Shown here: one piece after another, positions 1-12,530 of the stretch
Layout of the letters: every line of letters begins with the position of its first letter
Numbering within the stretch: position 1 is the first letter of the stretch
From: Cetorhinus maximus
Taxonomy: Eukaryota
DNA: 64,000 nucleotides
Direction of reading: 5' to 3'
NCBI RefSeq assembly: GCF_964194155.1
Contig: NC_135894.1
Span: 5,952,001 to 6,016,000 of the forward strand
The notes under the pieces: generated by a model
The model's input: the letters and a program-made list of their open reading frames with translations, nothing else
Databases searched by the model: none
What the model was told of the DNA's origin: nothing
Position numbers and translations under genes: made by a program

Positions 1-135
1 CTAATATTGAACAATAATGGCTGACGCTGTATCCATTTTACCCCTAATGTCTCTGATATATATACATGATATTAGACAGACTGACAGGCTGTTATCAGAT
101 GAACACTCAGTACTTGAACATCCTAAACATCGGCC

Positions 136-720
136 AACTGTGAACCTGCCTCAGCTCATCTGCTGCTGAAACCCTCATCCATGTCTATGTTCACTCTCGG
201 CTTGACTATTCCAGTGTTCCCCTGGCCGGCCTCCCATCTTCCACCCCAGACATACCTGTGCTCATCCAAAATTCTGCTGCCTGGAACTTCACCTGAATCT
301 AGTCCAGTTGACTCATCACCCCCGTGTTTGTTGACCGACACTGGCTCCTCCCCCGGCAATGCCTCAATTTTAATACCCTCATCCTTACTTTAAAATCTCT
401 CCATGACTTCACCTCTTCATTTCTCCGTAACCTCCTCCAGCCCAACAAAACTTCCAGATTCCTGCTCTTCTGCCTTCTTGTGGATTCCGAGTTTTAATCT
501 CTACAGCATTGACAACCGTGCACTCAGCTATCCTGGTCTAAAATTCTGGACTCCCTCCTTAAACCCCTCCACTTCTCCAGGTCCCTCTCATCTTTAGGAA
601 GCTCCTTAAAGTCTACCTCTCTGAGAAAACTTTTGTCACCAGACCTAATTTCTCCTTTCTTGGCTGAGCATCAGCTTATTTTTTTAACGATAACGCGCCT
701 CTTAAGTGCCTTGTGAGACT
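136..720 (+). mobile_element. L2-clade LINE 3' fragment (degenerate RT C-terminus and 3' UTR)
   Basis: Reads SSAAETLIHVYVHSRLDYSSVPLAGLP, the typical L2 ORF2 tail (AETLIHAFVTSRLDYCN.LL.GLP), followed by 3'-UTR-like sequence; frameshifted. Confidence 0.75.
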
Positions 721-746
721 TTGCAGCTGCAAAAGTACCGAGCTCA

Positions 747-818
747 GTGATACTGGTATAGTGGTGAGTGGCTTTGCTTTTCAAGCAGTTGACTCTGGTT
801 CAATTCCCTAACATCGCA
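747..818 (+). pseudogene. Degenerate tRNA-Gly(TCC)-derived pseudogene
   Basis: 72 nt colinear with vertebrate tRNA-Gly(TCC): TGGTATAGTGGTGAG ... CAAGCAGTTGAC ... GGTTCAATTCCC ... GCA. Stems are mismatched and the anticodon has drifted to TTC. Confidence 0.8.
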
Positions 819-1649
819 GTTTGTTGATTTTTTAAACATCTCACATCAGAAACCCCACACTCGGATCTTTATTTGATCCGTTTCGGCGAGATCTTGCACG
901 GAAATCACGCGCAGGTGTAATTCAAATAAAAAGGTTTTCAACCTTCACTTATCTTCCATTTAAAACATAACTCAGGCTTGTTCCTCATCGCTGATAATGA
1001 AGGTTTTCCCTGAAATTTAGTGTGGTGCTGGGATAGGATTACTCGGATTCAGTAAAATTCACTAATTCTCTGAACGTTTTCCCTCTGCTGCTTCCTAATT
1101 CTTGATTTGAATGTCGATTCCAGCACAGAGATTGTTTTATTGTTCGGAAAGGGACAGACTGCTCACGCTGGGAATCTGAAATAATAACAGAAGGTGCTAC
1201 AATCAGCTCCCAAAGAGGAAGGTTAGTAAATATTTCAGATCTATCGAAGGTTTCAATAATTGACCCCCTAAACCGAAACTATCAGAGCAGCTGAATTTTT
1301 CCTGCATTTTTCAATTTTTTGAGATGAGTTCTTTCAATGTTTCACCTCTTTCCCAACTCAATGTTTCCTGTGAAAATTTCAAGGCTGTGCTCAGTTCCTT
1401 GCGTATTTGTGTTTTATCTGAAGTGATGTAGGTCATATCCTGAGAAATCAGACTGAAATCCTGCTTATTCTAGGGTAAAATGTACTTGGGTTTTGTAATC
1501 TGCCTTTCAGGGATAGCAGCATGACTTACTAGAAGAGAAATGGGCCGTGAAATCCAGTCTTAGTTCCACTGCTGCCTGTGAGCAGAACAAGGCACAGCTG
1601 TGATGTCTTGAAGCGTTATACCTCTGGACAAGTATTTATGTGTCCCTAA

Positions 1650-1770
1650 TCTAAATATATGAACCCGCACCAATCACCCCGCATTTGCTGACCTAGAAAA
1701 CTCGCTCCTGACCCGCCAATGTCTCCATTATAAAATTCTCATTCTCAATTTCAAATCCCTCCATGACTAT
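1650..1770 (+). mobile_element. Short L2 LINE fragment
   Basis: caatcacccc...ctgacct...taaaattctc...ttcaaatccctccatg matches the L2 segment also seen at 315-405. Confidence 0.5.
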
Positions 1771-1909
1771 TTTACTCCCTTATATAAGTGGACCTTGGAA
1801 ATCGCTTCACTTGAATTACAGCAGCGTCTGTTTTCGGAACAAAATCTCATCTCATCAGAATCAACTCCTGCTTGGAGCCCCTGAACACAGAAATCTAAAA
1901 TGTCCAAAT

Positions 1910-1981
1910 TGAGATTTTTGGGAATAGAACTCAGATCAACTGCTTGAAAAACAGCTATGCTCACTACCAGGACACCACAGC
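1910..1981 (-). pseudogene. Degenerate tRNA-Gly(TCC)-derived pseudogene
   Basis: Reverse complement GCTGTGGTGTCCTGGTAGTGAGCATAGCTGTTTTTCAAGCAGTTGATCTGAGTTCTATTCCC...; the GTGAGCATAGCTG..TT.CAAGCAGTTGA core matches tRNA-Gly(TCC). Confidence 0.8.
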
Positions 1982-2069
1982 TGACGACATGCAATTGATG
2001 GGGCAAAGTATCTCAAAACATTAGCCATATATTTGAATGGTGGTTGGCGCCTCCATCATTATAACAACA

Positions 2070-3170
2070 GAAAATGGCGTTCAGCGGTGGTCAGACAGCC
2101 TGGCATTAAGATTAACTACAGATCCGATTGGTGAACAGTGTCAGGTTATGCTACATGGCATGAGGCGACTCTTGAAGTTTTGAGCAGACCTAAAGAGAGC
2201 CGACGTTCGGAAAGCATTAAGAAGACAGCGCGCTGACTGTACAGAAAAGCTTGTAAAACAGAGTCAGATAGTGTTCAAATGAAGCGCAGGGAAGCAGACG
2301 GATCCCTCATGGTGAGATTGCAGTGCATGGCCTGTGAGTTCAGTGAGTGGGAGATGGTTTCAAAAGGACCAGCTCCAGATTAGGTCAGTCAAGAAAGGCG
2401 ACTGACCAGGGCGTGGACCGGATTGATAGTGAGCGAGGGAGAGTCAAAGAATGAAAATAAATAAACAAAACTGCATAAACATCAGGCCAGAGAAGGCTGC
2501 GATTATATTGGCACAACTTGGGAAAAGTCAGCAAAAGCAGCCACAGTGACAGTCATTCCAGGTACTACAGAAGAAGGAAGGTCAAAGGGACTTTGTCAAA
2601 ATGTCCACAAAATTCCCCAGATTGAATTCGGATGCAGCTGAACTACCACCCGAATTCAAAAAGTTTGAACAGAGCTATGGTTTCTTGATTCAGGTGTGCC
2701 TGAGCCAGACAAGCAAGCCATTAAAATTCGCCTAAATTTGTGAATGAAGGTCTACGCAGGCTGAACATGTCAGGATTAACAGCAGAAGAGCTAAAGGATG
2801 CGCAAAGATATGGGTTATATTGGAAGACGGGTTCAGAATCACGTTCAACTTCAGAATTCATCATCGACATGTCATGTCATTTCCACAACAGACGGAACCC
2901 ATGGACAACTTCATCAGCAGATGCAGAGAAAGGGGTCCATCGTATGATTTTTCTAGTGCAGAAATAGTCGGCAGAATTGGTCAGTTGTTAATCACATAGA
3001 CACATTCCAGCAAGACTTGCAAGACAAGCCCAAAATAAATAACATCAAAGAAATACTCAAGGATAGACATAAGTGTTAAATGAGCTTCGCTGGTCAACGA
3101 AGCTTAAAGGTTCCAAGTGCAACACCGACTGTTGATGCACTCAAACCAAGCAAGGCATGTGCAAGTCAGG
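2070..3170 (+). mobile_element. Possible decayed Ty3/Gypsy gag-like sequence
   Basis: Purine-rich with broken reading frames; fragments such as QQTEPMDNFISRCREKG and ACEFSE resemble Gypsy gag Q...E....F...L....C.F motifs. No pol domain seen. Confidence 0.3.
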
Positions 3171-3199
3171 AGGACGCATTTACAATGCTGTGTGAGCAG

Positions 3200-3320
3200 G
3201 CCTTCATTTATTCACGCAGCTTCCCCTCCAAGTTAGCTGTTTAATTGTCCACCACCATGCATGACTCGATGTGGCAGGACTGCAGAGCTTCGATCTGATC
3301 CAGTGGTTGTGCCGTATTTT
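3200..3320 (-). mobile_element. Elasmobranch HER1/CR1-like LINE fragment
   Basis: gtttaattgtccaccacca...gatgtggcaggactgcagagctt.gatctgatcc, recognised as a common shark LINE segment. Confidence 0.55.
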
Positions 3321-3479
3321 CGAAAGTGATTGCCTGTGAGTCAGGAGACAACATTTTTCATGGCACAATGTGCAGGGCTAGGGGGAGAAGCCAGGGAATG
3401 TCTCATTCGGAGATCTGCTGCAGACAGGGTGGTCTGAGTGAACTTCTGCTGCGCTGTAACATTTCTGTATTCCTGTGGG

Positions 3480-4640
3480 TACAGTAAAGAATAAAAAAAT
3501 GTGTCCAGATGAAGTTCTGAGTGGCAGCATAGCAACCACCTAAATGTCACATGATTTAGAAAGAAAGAATCGTGACAAAACCAAACCAGGAAAATAAAAA
3601 TAGGCGCAAGAACCAACATAGAGGCAGATGTTATGGTGTAAATTTCTTGAACTGAATGTTGAGTCGAGAAGGCTGTAGGTGAGTTGTTTCCCTCGAAGTT
3701 TGCTGTTGCTGAGGCGAGTTAGCCCCTGGAATATGTTCAATGATGTTGCGTCTAATTTGTTACTAACTCCATCTGCTCGCCTTTGCCTCAGATTCATTAA
3801 TACCCTCCTTTAACAAAACTCGATCAATTTCAGATTGAAAATATAACAATCAATCAAACATTAGATTCCGTTCACAGAATGTGACCCTGAAGTTCTAGCT
3901 CGCTTTGTGTGTAGAATTGTTTCCTAATTTCCATGCCGGAATCTCTGGTTTTAATGTTTACACTCCGAGATTACCAGCCAATCGAAATAGGCTCTTCGAC
4001 TGACTGATCTGTTTCCCTTAGCATCTGGTAAGCTTGTGTCAAAACACTGCAGAAATCAGGAAGGGGGACTTCATTACTGGGGCAGTCAGTGGCTTCAGCA
4101 TAGGGACTGAGCTGTGGTTTAGTGTCAGGAATTGAGGAGCGTTAGGAGGGAGTTCACGAGACAAACAGATCTATGGAGGAAGACAACTGGAAGATTAGCA
4201 AGGAGCAAGGGCGAGGAATATAAATATTGTTCGCAACTTTTTTTCGCAAACCTTTCAAATGGAAAAGGGAAACGGTGTAGTCACTGCAAAAGTGGAAAAA
4301 AAAACAGAAACAAAAAAAGGAACCAAAAATGTTTAGGAGGTCACAGAGCATCAGTGTAGACAAACACAGTGAACTGTTTAGGTCAATGGCTTTTCATCAG
4401 AACAAAAGAAATTAGAAGAATACAATGTTTAAACAAGTGGCGAGCGGGAGGGCGCAGGGTTAACAAAAGAGCTGAGTGAGGGTTTTTGTTGGGGCGGTGG
4501 GTTGTTGGGGTGGAGGAGAGAAAAGGATTCATGGTACAAAAGCTGAACAGAATTGTAATGGTCCTAGTAAAAATAACAAAGGATGTGTCCAGATGAGATT
4601 GTGAATGGCTGCATAGCAACCGGCCGTTTTATATTTAATG
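3480..4640 (-). mobile_element. Penelope-like 3' fragments (two related pieces, ~3480-3690 and ~4260-4640)
   Basis: Both pieces carry atgtgtccagatga....tga.tggc.gcatagcaacc (~3500 and ~4584) and resemble the 3' region of the Penelope copy at 38 kb. Confidence 0.45.
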
Positions 4641-4697
4641 ATAACGCTCTTGGTAAGTGTCTTGGCATTTTCCCCTGCATTGAAGGGCCTGTCATCA

Positions 4698-4770
4698 GCG
4701 TTAGTGGTGCAGTGGGGGATATAATCTGTCTTCCGCGCGTCTGATTCGTGTTCCATTCCCGCCAATCGCA
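4698..4770 (+). pseudogene. Degenerate tRNA-Gly-derived pseudogene
   Basis: GCGTTAGTGGTGCAGTGG ... GTGTTCCATTCCCGCCAATCGCA, with A-box and B-box remnants. Shares its 3' end (atcgcagtttg) and downstream flank with the copy at 747. Confidence 0.6.
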
Positions 4771-4774
4771 GTTT

Positions 4775-4870
4775 GAGGAAGTCATGCCGACTCGAAACGT
4801 TAACTTGGTTACTCTCTCCACAGACGCTGCCAGACCTGCTGAGCTTTTCCAGCATTTTTTGTTCTTTTTA
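4775..4870 (+). mobile_element. Penelope-like 3' terminal tail inserted just 3' of a tRNA pseudogene
   Basis: gaaacgttaac...ctctctccacagacgctgccagacctgctgag.ttttccagcatt; the same tail occurs reversed at ~37960-38020 and forward at ~62790-62850. Confidence 0.65.
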
Positions 4871-5325
4871 TTGTTAATTTTAAACCTCTCAAATAAGAAA
4901 CGCCAAGCCCGGAGATTATTTTGATCCGTTAAAGTGAGATTTTGTTCCTAAAACACATGCGGGAGAAAATCTAATGAGAAGATTTCCAACCGCTACTTTC
5001 TTCAACACGGATATAACATTCTCAATCCTCAAGTCAGCTGGCATCATCACTGGCTCTTTCTCTCTCTGTCTCGCTCTCCACCTCTCTATCATTACCTCCG
5101 CATAACACACACAGACACACACCACATGTTCACCACTGCATTTTGTGGCTTTATATATGATAGATTGCTTTACCCAGGACGATTATTATGCTCGTTTAGA
5201 TCAGTCGGAAAGCACCTCCTCTACAACAGCGCAATGATCATTGCTTTGCTGCGCTGTAAATGAGTTTGTGTGTGCATGTCAGAGGCATGGAAGATCTAAG
5301 CATGTACACATCGTGCAGTTCAATT

Positions 5326-5397
5326 CACTCGTTAGCATAGTGTTTAGTACCCCCATTTGTTACGCAGGACATCGGGGTTCAATTCCCCGAAGGGGCG
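5326..5397 (+). pseudogene. Degenerate tRNA-Asp(GTC) pseudogene
   Basis: CACTCGTTAGCATAGTG...CGGGGTTCAATTCCCCGAAGGGGCG is colinear over 72 nt with tRNA-Asp TCCTCGTTAGTATAGTGG...CGGGGTTCGATTCCCCGACGGGGAG. The anticodon has drifted to GTT. Confidence 0.85.
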
Positions 5398-6139
5398 AAA
5401 GCTCTGGTATTTATACAGAGAAAGCACGCGAAATTGGAAACAGAATTTGAATTTGGTAGGTATATGGGAGACAGATGCTGATAAAGATTGTATATCAACA
5501 GAGTCAAGAATCTGCGGTTGCTTTCAGAGATCCCGGAATATGAGCGCACGTTGAAAAGAAGGGCGATGAACCCACACAGTCAGGCGACATTTCCGTGTGC
5601 GCGTTAACACAGAAACTGGCTCCTTCACCTCAATTGGGCTGAATCGGAATTTCTGTGAAATTAGCGGTTTGGTAGATTGAATCGAGGACAGTTTGCTGAA
5701 ACAAGATACTTTAAAACCGAGAGGAGCCGGGCTATGCTCAACTTGGGAATGAATATACACGCAGAGTTCATTAATAATCTGACAATAAACGTGCATCTTG
5801 TAAACTGTGACCGTAACATGACAGAGTAATTTACACTTTAATCTCTGCCACCATTTTGTTCATTTTTAAAATTTACTTTTTTCCTTCATTTCCTTTGCTT
5901 TTTGACGGCAGCTATTCAGAATCCACCATCTTTTGTTTCCTTGCTTAAGCCGTTTCCCCTCCCTCAGTAAACACCAGAATTCTGCTAATTTCAGTTCTAT
6001 TTGCCGCTCACTGCACTAATCAGCAGCTGCTTGGCACAGGGATGCTTTTCCCTTTGGGTTCTTCATTGAATAAAATTTGAAAGATGGAGAACGCAATTCA
6101 TATTCCTCACTTTTCCTCCTTGCCAATCTTTCAGTTTTC

Positions 6140-6830
6140 CCCCTCTGGAACTTTGTTTGCTTCTTGAACTCCCTCCTAACCCTCTTCAAATCCAGACATT
6201 AAACCACAGCTCAGTCCCAACATTTTACCGAGTGACAGCCCCTTTACCGAAACCCATACTCATGATTGCAGGAGGAATTTGATAATTTTTTTTGAAAGTT
6301 ATTTCCAATGAATTGTACCCTAGGACCCAGGGCCGCAGGCACGGATTTAAAGCCAGACAACAGTGTAGCTCTCTTTTTAATGCTTCCTTTGAACCAGCCG
6401 CCAGCACACTCTCGGGCAGTGCATTCCAGGCCTTAACCACTTTTTGCAGGGAAAGTAAAGTTTTTCCTCGTGTCACTTTTGCTTTTTTTTAACGAACTAC
6501 TTTAAATTTCTACCCTCGAAGTCTTGAACTTTTCACGAACGGTAACACTTCCTCCCTGTCTCTTCTGACCAGGCACCTCGTGATTTTCAATCCTTCTATC
6601 AAATCGACTCTCAGCCTTCTTTTCTCCCAGGAAAACAGTCCTAACTTCTCCAATCTACCATCATAACTGAAGTTCCTCATTCCAGGAGTTTTCTCGTGAA
6701 TCTTTCCTGCCCTCTTTCCAACATCCTTCACATCACCACATCGTTCCTAAAGAGCAGCGCCCAGAGCCAGACCTGATACAACAACTGAGACTCAACTAGT
6801 GCCTTCTACAAATCCTGTGCACCTCATTCC
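6140..6830 (-). mobile_element. CR1 LINE 3' fragment
   Basis: ORFs 6510-6731 (PGMRNFSYDGRLEKLGLFSWEKRRLRVDLIE) and 6225-6476 (VVKAWNALP) are CR1 ORF2 C-terminal motifs. Confidence 0.9.
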
Positions 6831-7710
6831 CATTACAACACTTGGTTTGTGTGCCTATTGCCTCCTGTCCTCACAGACAATCGCTTTCGATGTGATCCCA
6901 CAATCAAAGGATCAGACTTAAGCTGCGCAGAGTTTGCACGTACAGTGGCGAATGATGGTGGAGAATTAAACATCTATAATGGAGGAGAAGGCTCCACAAA
7001 TAAATGTTCGCCTTGCCAGCAATTCTCTCACCCAAGAACGAAAAATAGTAAAAGCTGTCGATGTATTCCAAGCCTCACGGCAACCCTAACCTGGGGTCGT
7101 GTCCAAGTCTCAGTTGAAAGAATCTCATTGTGACCTCAACTCATTGCCTACACACTGACAGAGAGAACATAATCATAGAATGGGCACAATACAGAAGGCC
7201 ATTTGGCCCATCCTGTCTGTGCTGGCTTTCAGAAGGAGAACTTCACATAGTGTCAATCCTTCGCCTTTTTCCTGATCCCTGCATAACACCGCCCCCCACC
7301 ACCCGCCCCACCCCCCACCATTTTCAGGGCTTCCAAACTTTTCTATTTCCTTGAGTATAGAAGAATGAAGGTTTAAACCTGTTAAAGTGATTAGTTAGGT
7401 TAAACACGGAGAAACTGTTTCTCCCGCCAGTAAGAATGGGGTTGAATCTTGACATGTTTTTGCCTCTGATCCACAGCGATCGTGCCAACCAAGGGAAAAA
7501 TCAGGAAGCACTTTTCACACTTTCCAGAGTAACTGGAAATCCGGAAACAATTATAAAATCGATCGAAGCTACCACAATTACGAGACGGTGGGTATTTTTC
7601 TTCAAACTAAAGGGTTCTCCGTTTCTTCAGTTCTCCTTGAAGAATTCAACCTCCATGACTCGTTTTGTTGCCGTTTTTCTGGGAGTGAACACCTTGAGCC
7701 AAAAAGGCAA

Positions 7711-7782
7711 CGCCCAAACAGCGATGGAAACCTGGACCCTCGGGATAAAAGTCTGATGCTCTACCGAATGCGGGACCTGGGC
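7711..7782 (-). pseudogene. Degenerate tRNA-Lys(TTT) pseudogene
   Basis: Reverse complement GCCCAGG...TCGGTAGAGCATCAGACTTTTA..CGAGGGTCCAGG...CTGTTTGGGCG matches tRNA-Lys(TTT). The D stem and B-box are damaged. Confidence 0.85.
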
Positions 7783-8232
7783 TTCGTTTCACATGCATCC
7801 CACAGCCGCCTTCACTGTCCACAAAGAGGCATCGCAAACTTATGTTGCATTTCTTTCTTTGGCAGTTCTGTTCATTTTCATATTGCCAGTTTTCACGCGA
7901 CTTTGTTTTTCACCTAAAAGGAAGGTGAAATCAGATTCAATCGGGATTTCAATGGAACTAATTTACAGGGTAATGGGGAAAAGCTGGATTGTGGAACAGT
8001 ATTTACAGATCTATCAAAGAGCATGGACAGACTCGATGGGCCGACAGGCTTCCTTCTGAAAGATAGGATTCCGCGATTCAGGAGTTTCATTTCGACATGG
8101 GCTGGGAGATTAGAAAAGGGCTCATGAGGGTGAAGGTGATGAGTGAATGATTCCAGACAATTGTCTGATGTTTTGTACATTACATTATGCCTGACATTTT
8201 GTACCGACATGGAACAAGACTGCATTTGTCTT

Positions 8233-8316
8233 GCTGTGGTGACCGAGTGGTTAAGGTGTTGTTAATGAGTGTTGTGTATGCGGTTCGGAGGGAAGGTTCA
8301 AACACCGCTCGCAGCC
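8233..8316 (+). pseudogene. Degenerate tRNA-Ser-like pseudogene
   Basis: 5' GCTGTGGTGACCGAGTGGTTAAGG and 3' AGGTTCAAACACCGCTCGCAGC match the ends of tRNA-Ser(CGA) at class II length; the middle is scrambled. Confidence 0.6.
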
Positions 8317-8592
8317 TCCCCATGATTAAAATGATTATCTTCTGCCATCAGTTCCCTGACTTGAGAATGCATTAAATTAAACCCATTGACCCGAAACTTT
8401 GAAACACAAATAATTTACGCAGATCAATTAGATAATGTAGATTTGCTAGAAACGGAACGAACAGCAAAAACAGGTGTTCAGGAAACTGGTTGAAATGAAT
8501 TTTAACAAAGAACCTGAAATGTTTGGGATGAAAAGCAGGATTTTCAGCTCATGAGCATTAGCGCGGTTTGCTTTCAATCATATGGAGGGGGT

Positions 8593-9249
8593 TTATCTGC
8601 GTGACAGGATGGTAACAGCTTGTGTGGCTGCATACGCGCAAGTTTTTGGACAGGAACTCAAATAAATCAACATATAACTTGTTTGAGAGGCGATGTATGT
8701 CAGGGATGTAAAATCGGGTCGGTAATTAACGGCTAAGCTGATAGTTGCAGAACAGACAGCAGCTGTCAACCACAGCATCATAAAACTGCCTGATGTAGTG
8801 AACAGGCAAATAAAAGGTTTTATTCTGTTTTCCACCTCTGTGTCATTGTGATTCTTGCTGTTTTGAGCCCGGAGTCCCCTGCGGTCTCTGGTAGATGTTA
8901 ACATGTGCCTGATTGTCAAACAATTAAATAATAAAATATAAAATAAAATTGAGAAATGGAGATAAAATACATCCGAAAATTCCGCTACCCCGGAAGACGA
9001 TGGTAAAAAATCCGCGCCAGGGCGGGAACCCAAGTGAACATTGTTAATGATCAGTTTGTTGATCGCCCATTTTTGCAGTTTGTTCAGTTGCTGAGAAATG
9101 AACATTTGTGTTCCTGAGCAAATCAAAATGGCAAATTCTCCCAATAGATCAGCACAAGAGACCACTGTTATGGTCACTGTAGCAGTTTTCACAGTGACAT
9201 ACTTTGCTTTAAAATTCTGGCCATATATCGCTGACAGTGACAGTGACAA
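8593..9249 (-). pseudogene. GPR139/GPR142-like class A GPCR remnant (ICL2 to TM7), 5'-truncated
   Basis: AIYGQNFKAKYVTVKTA (cf. AICCQKLKTKYCTEKTA), IINNVHLGSRP (ECL2, Cys lost), ILLFNCLTIRHML..RRGLR (TM5), ENRIKPFICLFTTSGSFMMLWLT (TM6), YMLIYLSSCPKTCAYAATQ (TM7). TM1-3 and the DRY-like motif are absent. Confidence 0.8.
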
Positions 9250-10959
9250 TTGAAGATTGGAAATGGAGCTAAATTGCGAATGAGAATTAAGGCGGCCACT
9301 TCAGTGCCAACTTATGACGGGTGTTTCAGCGCGAAATGACGGAGTGCCTGTTCAATTTAAACATTGTTCCATTTGTTCCTTGAACCCTTCTTCAGCCATA
9401 GTGTCTCACTTGTGTTTCAATGGATCATATATTTTGTCAATCAATATATTTCCTGGACTCTTTAAGAATTATATAAACCTTTCTCATTGTTGGCATACAT
9501 AAGTATTTGCCAATATTGCAATTTTTTAACAATTTTTATTACACTCATTCAAATTTGGTTGTGCTCCCCAATCTATTGCAAAGATCTTTGCCATTTGTTG
9601 CTATTAACTTAAAGTCCAATATACTATGATCATTATAATCCTCTTATTTCCAAACTTATGCTCTCTATCAAGTCCAGATAGATTGCGTTTCTTGCATAAT
9701 GTGTTGGAAATTTTACTGTTAGCCTTGTTGATATCCGTGCCCTCAACATCGTTGTCAAACTCATCAGCCTTTTAATTTCGTGGTAGTTGACATTTAGCCA
9801 TGATTATTCATCTATGGTTTACTTAACTAATTGCTCGAAATGATTGTATGATTATCATTCAACCTCCCTGCAATTTTTAGTTCAGCTGCAGTTTGCCACC
9901 GTTAGCATGATTTGATTGTTTTTAGACAATCAATGGATGAGGTCCTCTATGCGCATCCAGATACCTGAAGTTCGTAGTCTGCAGCCGAGCGGGAAACAGA
10001 AACCTTGATATCTGCTGGCACTTTACGCCAAAACAGGGCAAAAAGAAACATTATTTGAATGATAAATAGTAATGAGAATCTTTCCAAACTCATGTCTCAT
10101 TTCACAGCACAGAAGGACAAAGGCACAACCACCGGAATCTGATTCCTGTAAGTGAGTACAAAGAGGGGAATGCTGATCGAGTTCATTCAGTTTGTGGTCA
10201 CTTAAAAAGAAAACACAGGAAAGTAAAGCGACATTTACCCAGTCAATATTCGGTGCGAAACGAAAATTTATACTTGATCTATTTGCCTGAGTCGGCTCCT
10301 CGCCAGGTGGAATATTTTCAATCTCATTATAAATTGGTTGGTACAAACGAACAATGAACCACTGTTGCCAATCACAGCATCTATTGGATGAAAGGTGGAA
10401 AGTGGAACTTTCCCCCCCTTTTCAGACGCGTGTAAACATTAATTACGTGTTTCCTTGCATCTCAAAATACATCCGGGACAGTTTCAGTACATGTGCATGT
10501 GCTGTGTCAGTGCCAGCCTATGACTGTATAAAGTGAGAGATGATTTTAAGTGCAGCTCTGCTTTCTGCCTTTGAATGATGCATCTTATGCCAGTTGGCAT
10601 CTTATAACTTTCTCAATTTACAAATAAGTTGGTGTTTTTTTTAGAGTTGCACTTAAAATGGAACATTTTGTTTTTAGGATTTAGGTTTTTAAGACTGAGA
10701 ATCATTCAGTCAAACAATATTTCTTTTGAAAAAGTTTATTCCAGCACTGAATGCTAGAGGTTTGCGAGTGGCAGGTGAGTATGTTTCCCCCTGCAAACTG
10801 TTAAACATTTACAGAAATAATGCAATAAGTAACAAGTGTTAGACAGATAAAGAAGCAAACACGGGTTTCAGATAGCTCCATTATCTAACAACTGATCTCG
10901 TCGGCCCTGGCAGGAATTCAATTCACAAAGCCTTTCCAACTTTAATAACTACTCCTCAA

Positions 10960-11930
10960 TCAAACTGTCTAAAGTGGAAAGAATCGTTGATAGGGCCTTA
11001 GCTCTTTATGCTCAACATTAGTGTTTTGTATAAACGGGCAGCCCGCGTTATAACCCATTCTGTGAACGGTGCCAAGATATGGAGCGAAGCAAGTTCTGAG
11101 TAGGATGCAAAACATATGAAAATGAATATAGTTTGGTTAAGTGAGTGGCCAAAATTTGAGAAATGAAGTATAATGCGCGAAAACATCAGGTTTTCCAGGG
11201 ACTGGAAGAATATAAAATCAGAATGATGTCAAAATGAAGATAAACGGTAAGATGATTTGATAAAAGGGACACCGGTATCCAAGTACATGAACGTCAAAAT
11301 TTCAGCGTGCGTCTGGAGCAAACTCAGAAGGGAAAGGCAATAATGCTCTCCATTGCAAGGCAACAGAACAAAATATCGCTGAGACGACAGCTAGAATACA
11401 TCGCGCAGTTTTGATTAGCTTATTTAAAGAACCATTCAATTGCATTAGAGGCAGCTCAGGGATGAATCAGGGGACCGATTCCTGTGATAAGGGGGTATCT
11501 TTTGAGGGAAGGCTGAGCATGCGATGTGGAAAGCATTGAAGTTTAGAGGACCGAAATGTAAGGTTTCTGTTAAATATAAGATTCTGAATGGGATTTATTT
11601 GGCCGTTGCTCAAGTTGCGCTGTTTAAAAATTAACGAGTTTTCCAATTAATTGGGAGAAGAGGAGGTATGTGTTCCGTTTAATCGCACTATTGCTGGTGT
11701 TTGAAATTTTCTGCCGCAACGGGCAGTGGAGGCTGGATCACTAAGTATATTCAATGTAGATGTAGGCACGATTTCGAAGGAGAATAATTTTAAGCATTCT
11801 GGGTACTTGTCACAGATGTGGATTTAAGAACGCATTGCCTCAGCCATGATAGGATTGAATGGTGGGGCAGTCTGGCGAGCGCGATTTGTCTACTCCTGTT
11901 TATATTTCTGATCTTCTAATATCCTATCAA
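10960..11930 (+). mobile_element. Old CR1 LINE 3' half
   Basis: Remnants of the CR1 RT tail (LSEWPK, ctagaatacatcgcgcagttttg) and 3' UTR cagccatgat...attgaatggtggggcag...ctactcctg. Confidence 0.75.
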
Positions 11931-12530
11931 CAATTGGGTCGACCCCATTCAATTTCTTTGTTTTTCAAAAACAAAGAAATTTTCTAAAATACTGTGTGGG
12001 CTTCGTTAGGCATTTCATCACGCCCATGACTGCGGATGATGCAGCGCATGCGGCCTACGTTCGAATAACCTGCAGAAAATCCGAAATTCGTTCACGTTGC
12101 AACGTGTACCTTGGCCTCTGTCAAGCCGACTTAGTAATAAACACTTTGAGACCACACCTATCAATGATCCACCTTATAAATTTACATGAGTGCTTTACTT
12201 TCTTTGAGATTAAAATATAACAACAAGAAATTAAAGGAAACTATTTCCCATGATGCTAAAATAATGCTAAGTAGCTCCCTAGGCCTGCTCAATCCATAAT
12301 TATCATTGTCTGTGTTTTTTCTTTCCCCTCCAATCGATATGATTTTTTGATCCTTCCCAGATAAAATCACTTGGAAGAAAACTCTGTCACTAAGAACAGG
12401 AATCTTTAATTTGAATATTATGCTGGCTGGATATTGTTTTTATCGAGCACTAAATGTTTCGTTGAAAATTCAATTTTTGATTTCGGACAAGCATTTTGAA
12501 GGCTCCTCTTTTGGGACATTACTCACTCAC

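Noticed and set aside
747-8316. Functional tRNA genes
   Set aside because: All six have broken stems, altered anticodon loops or damaged A/B boxes.
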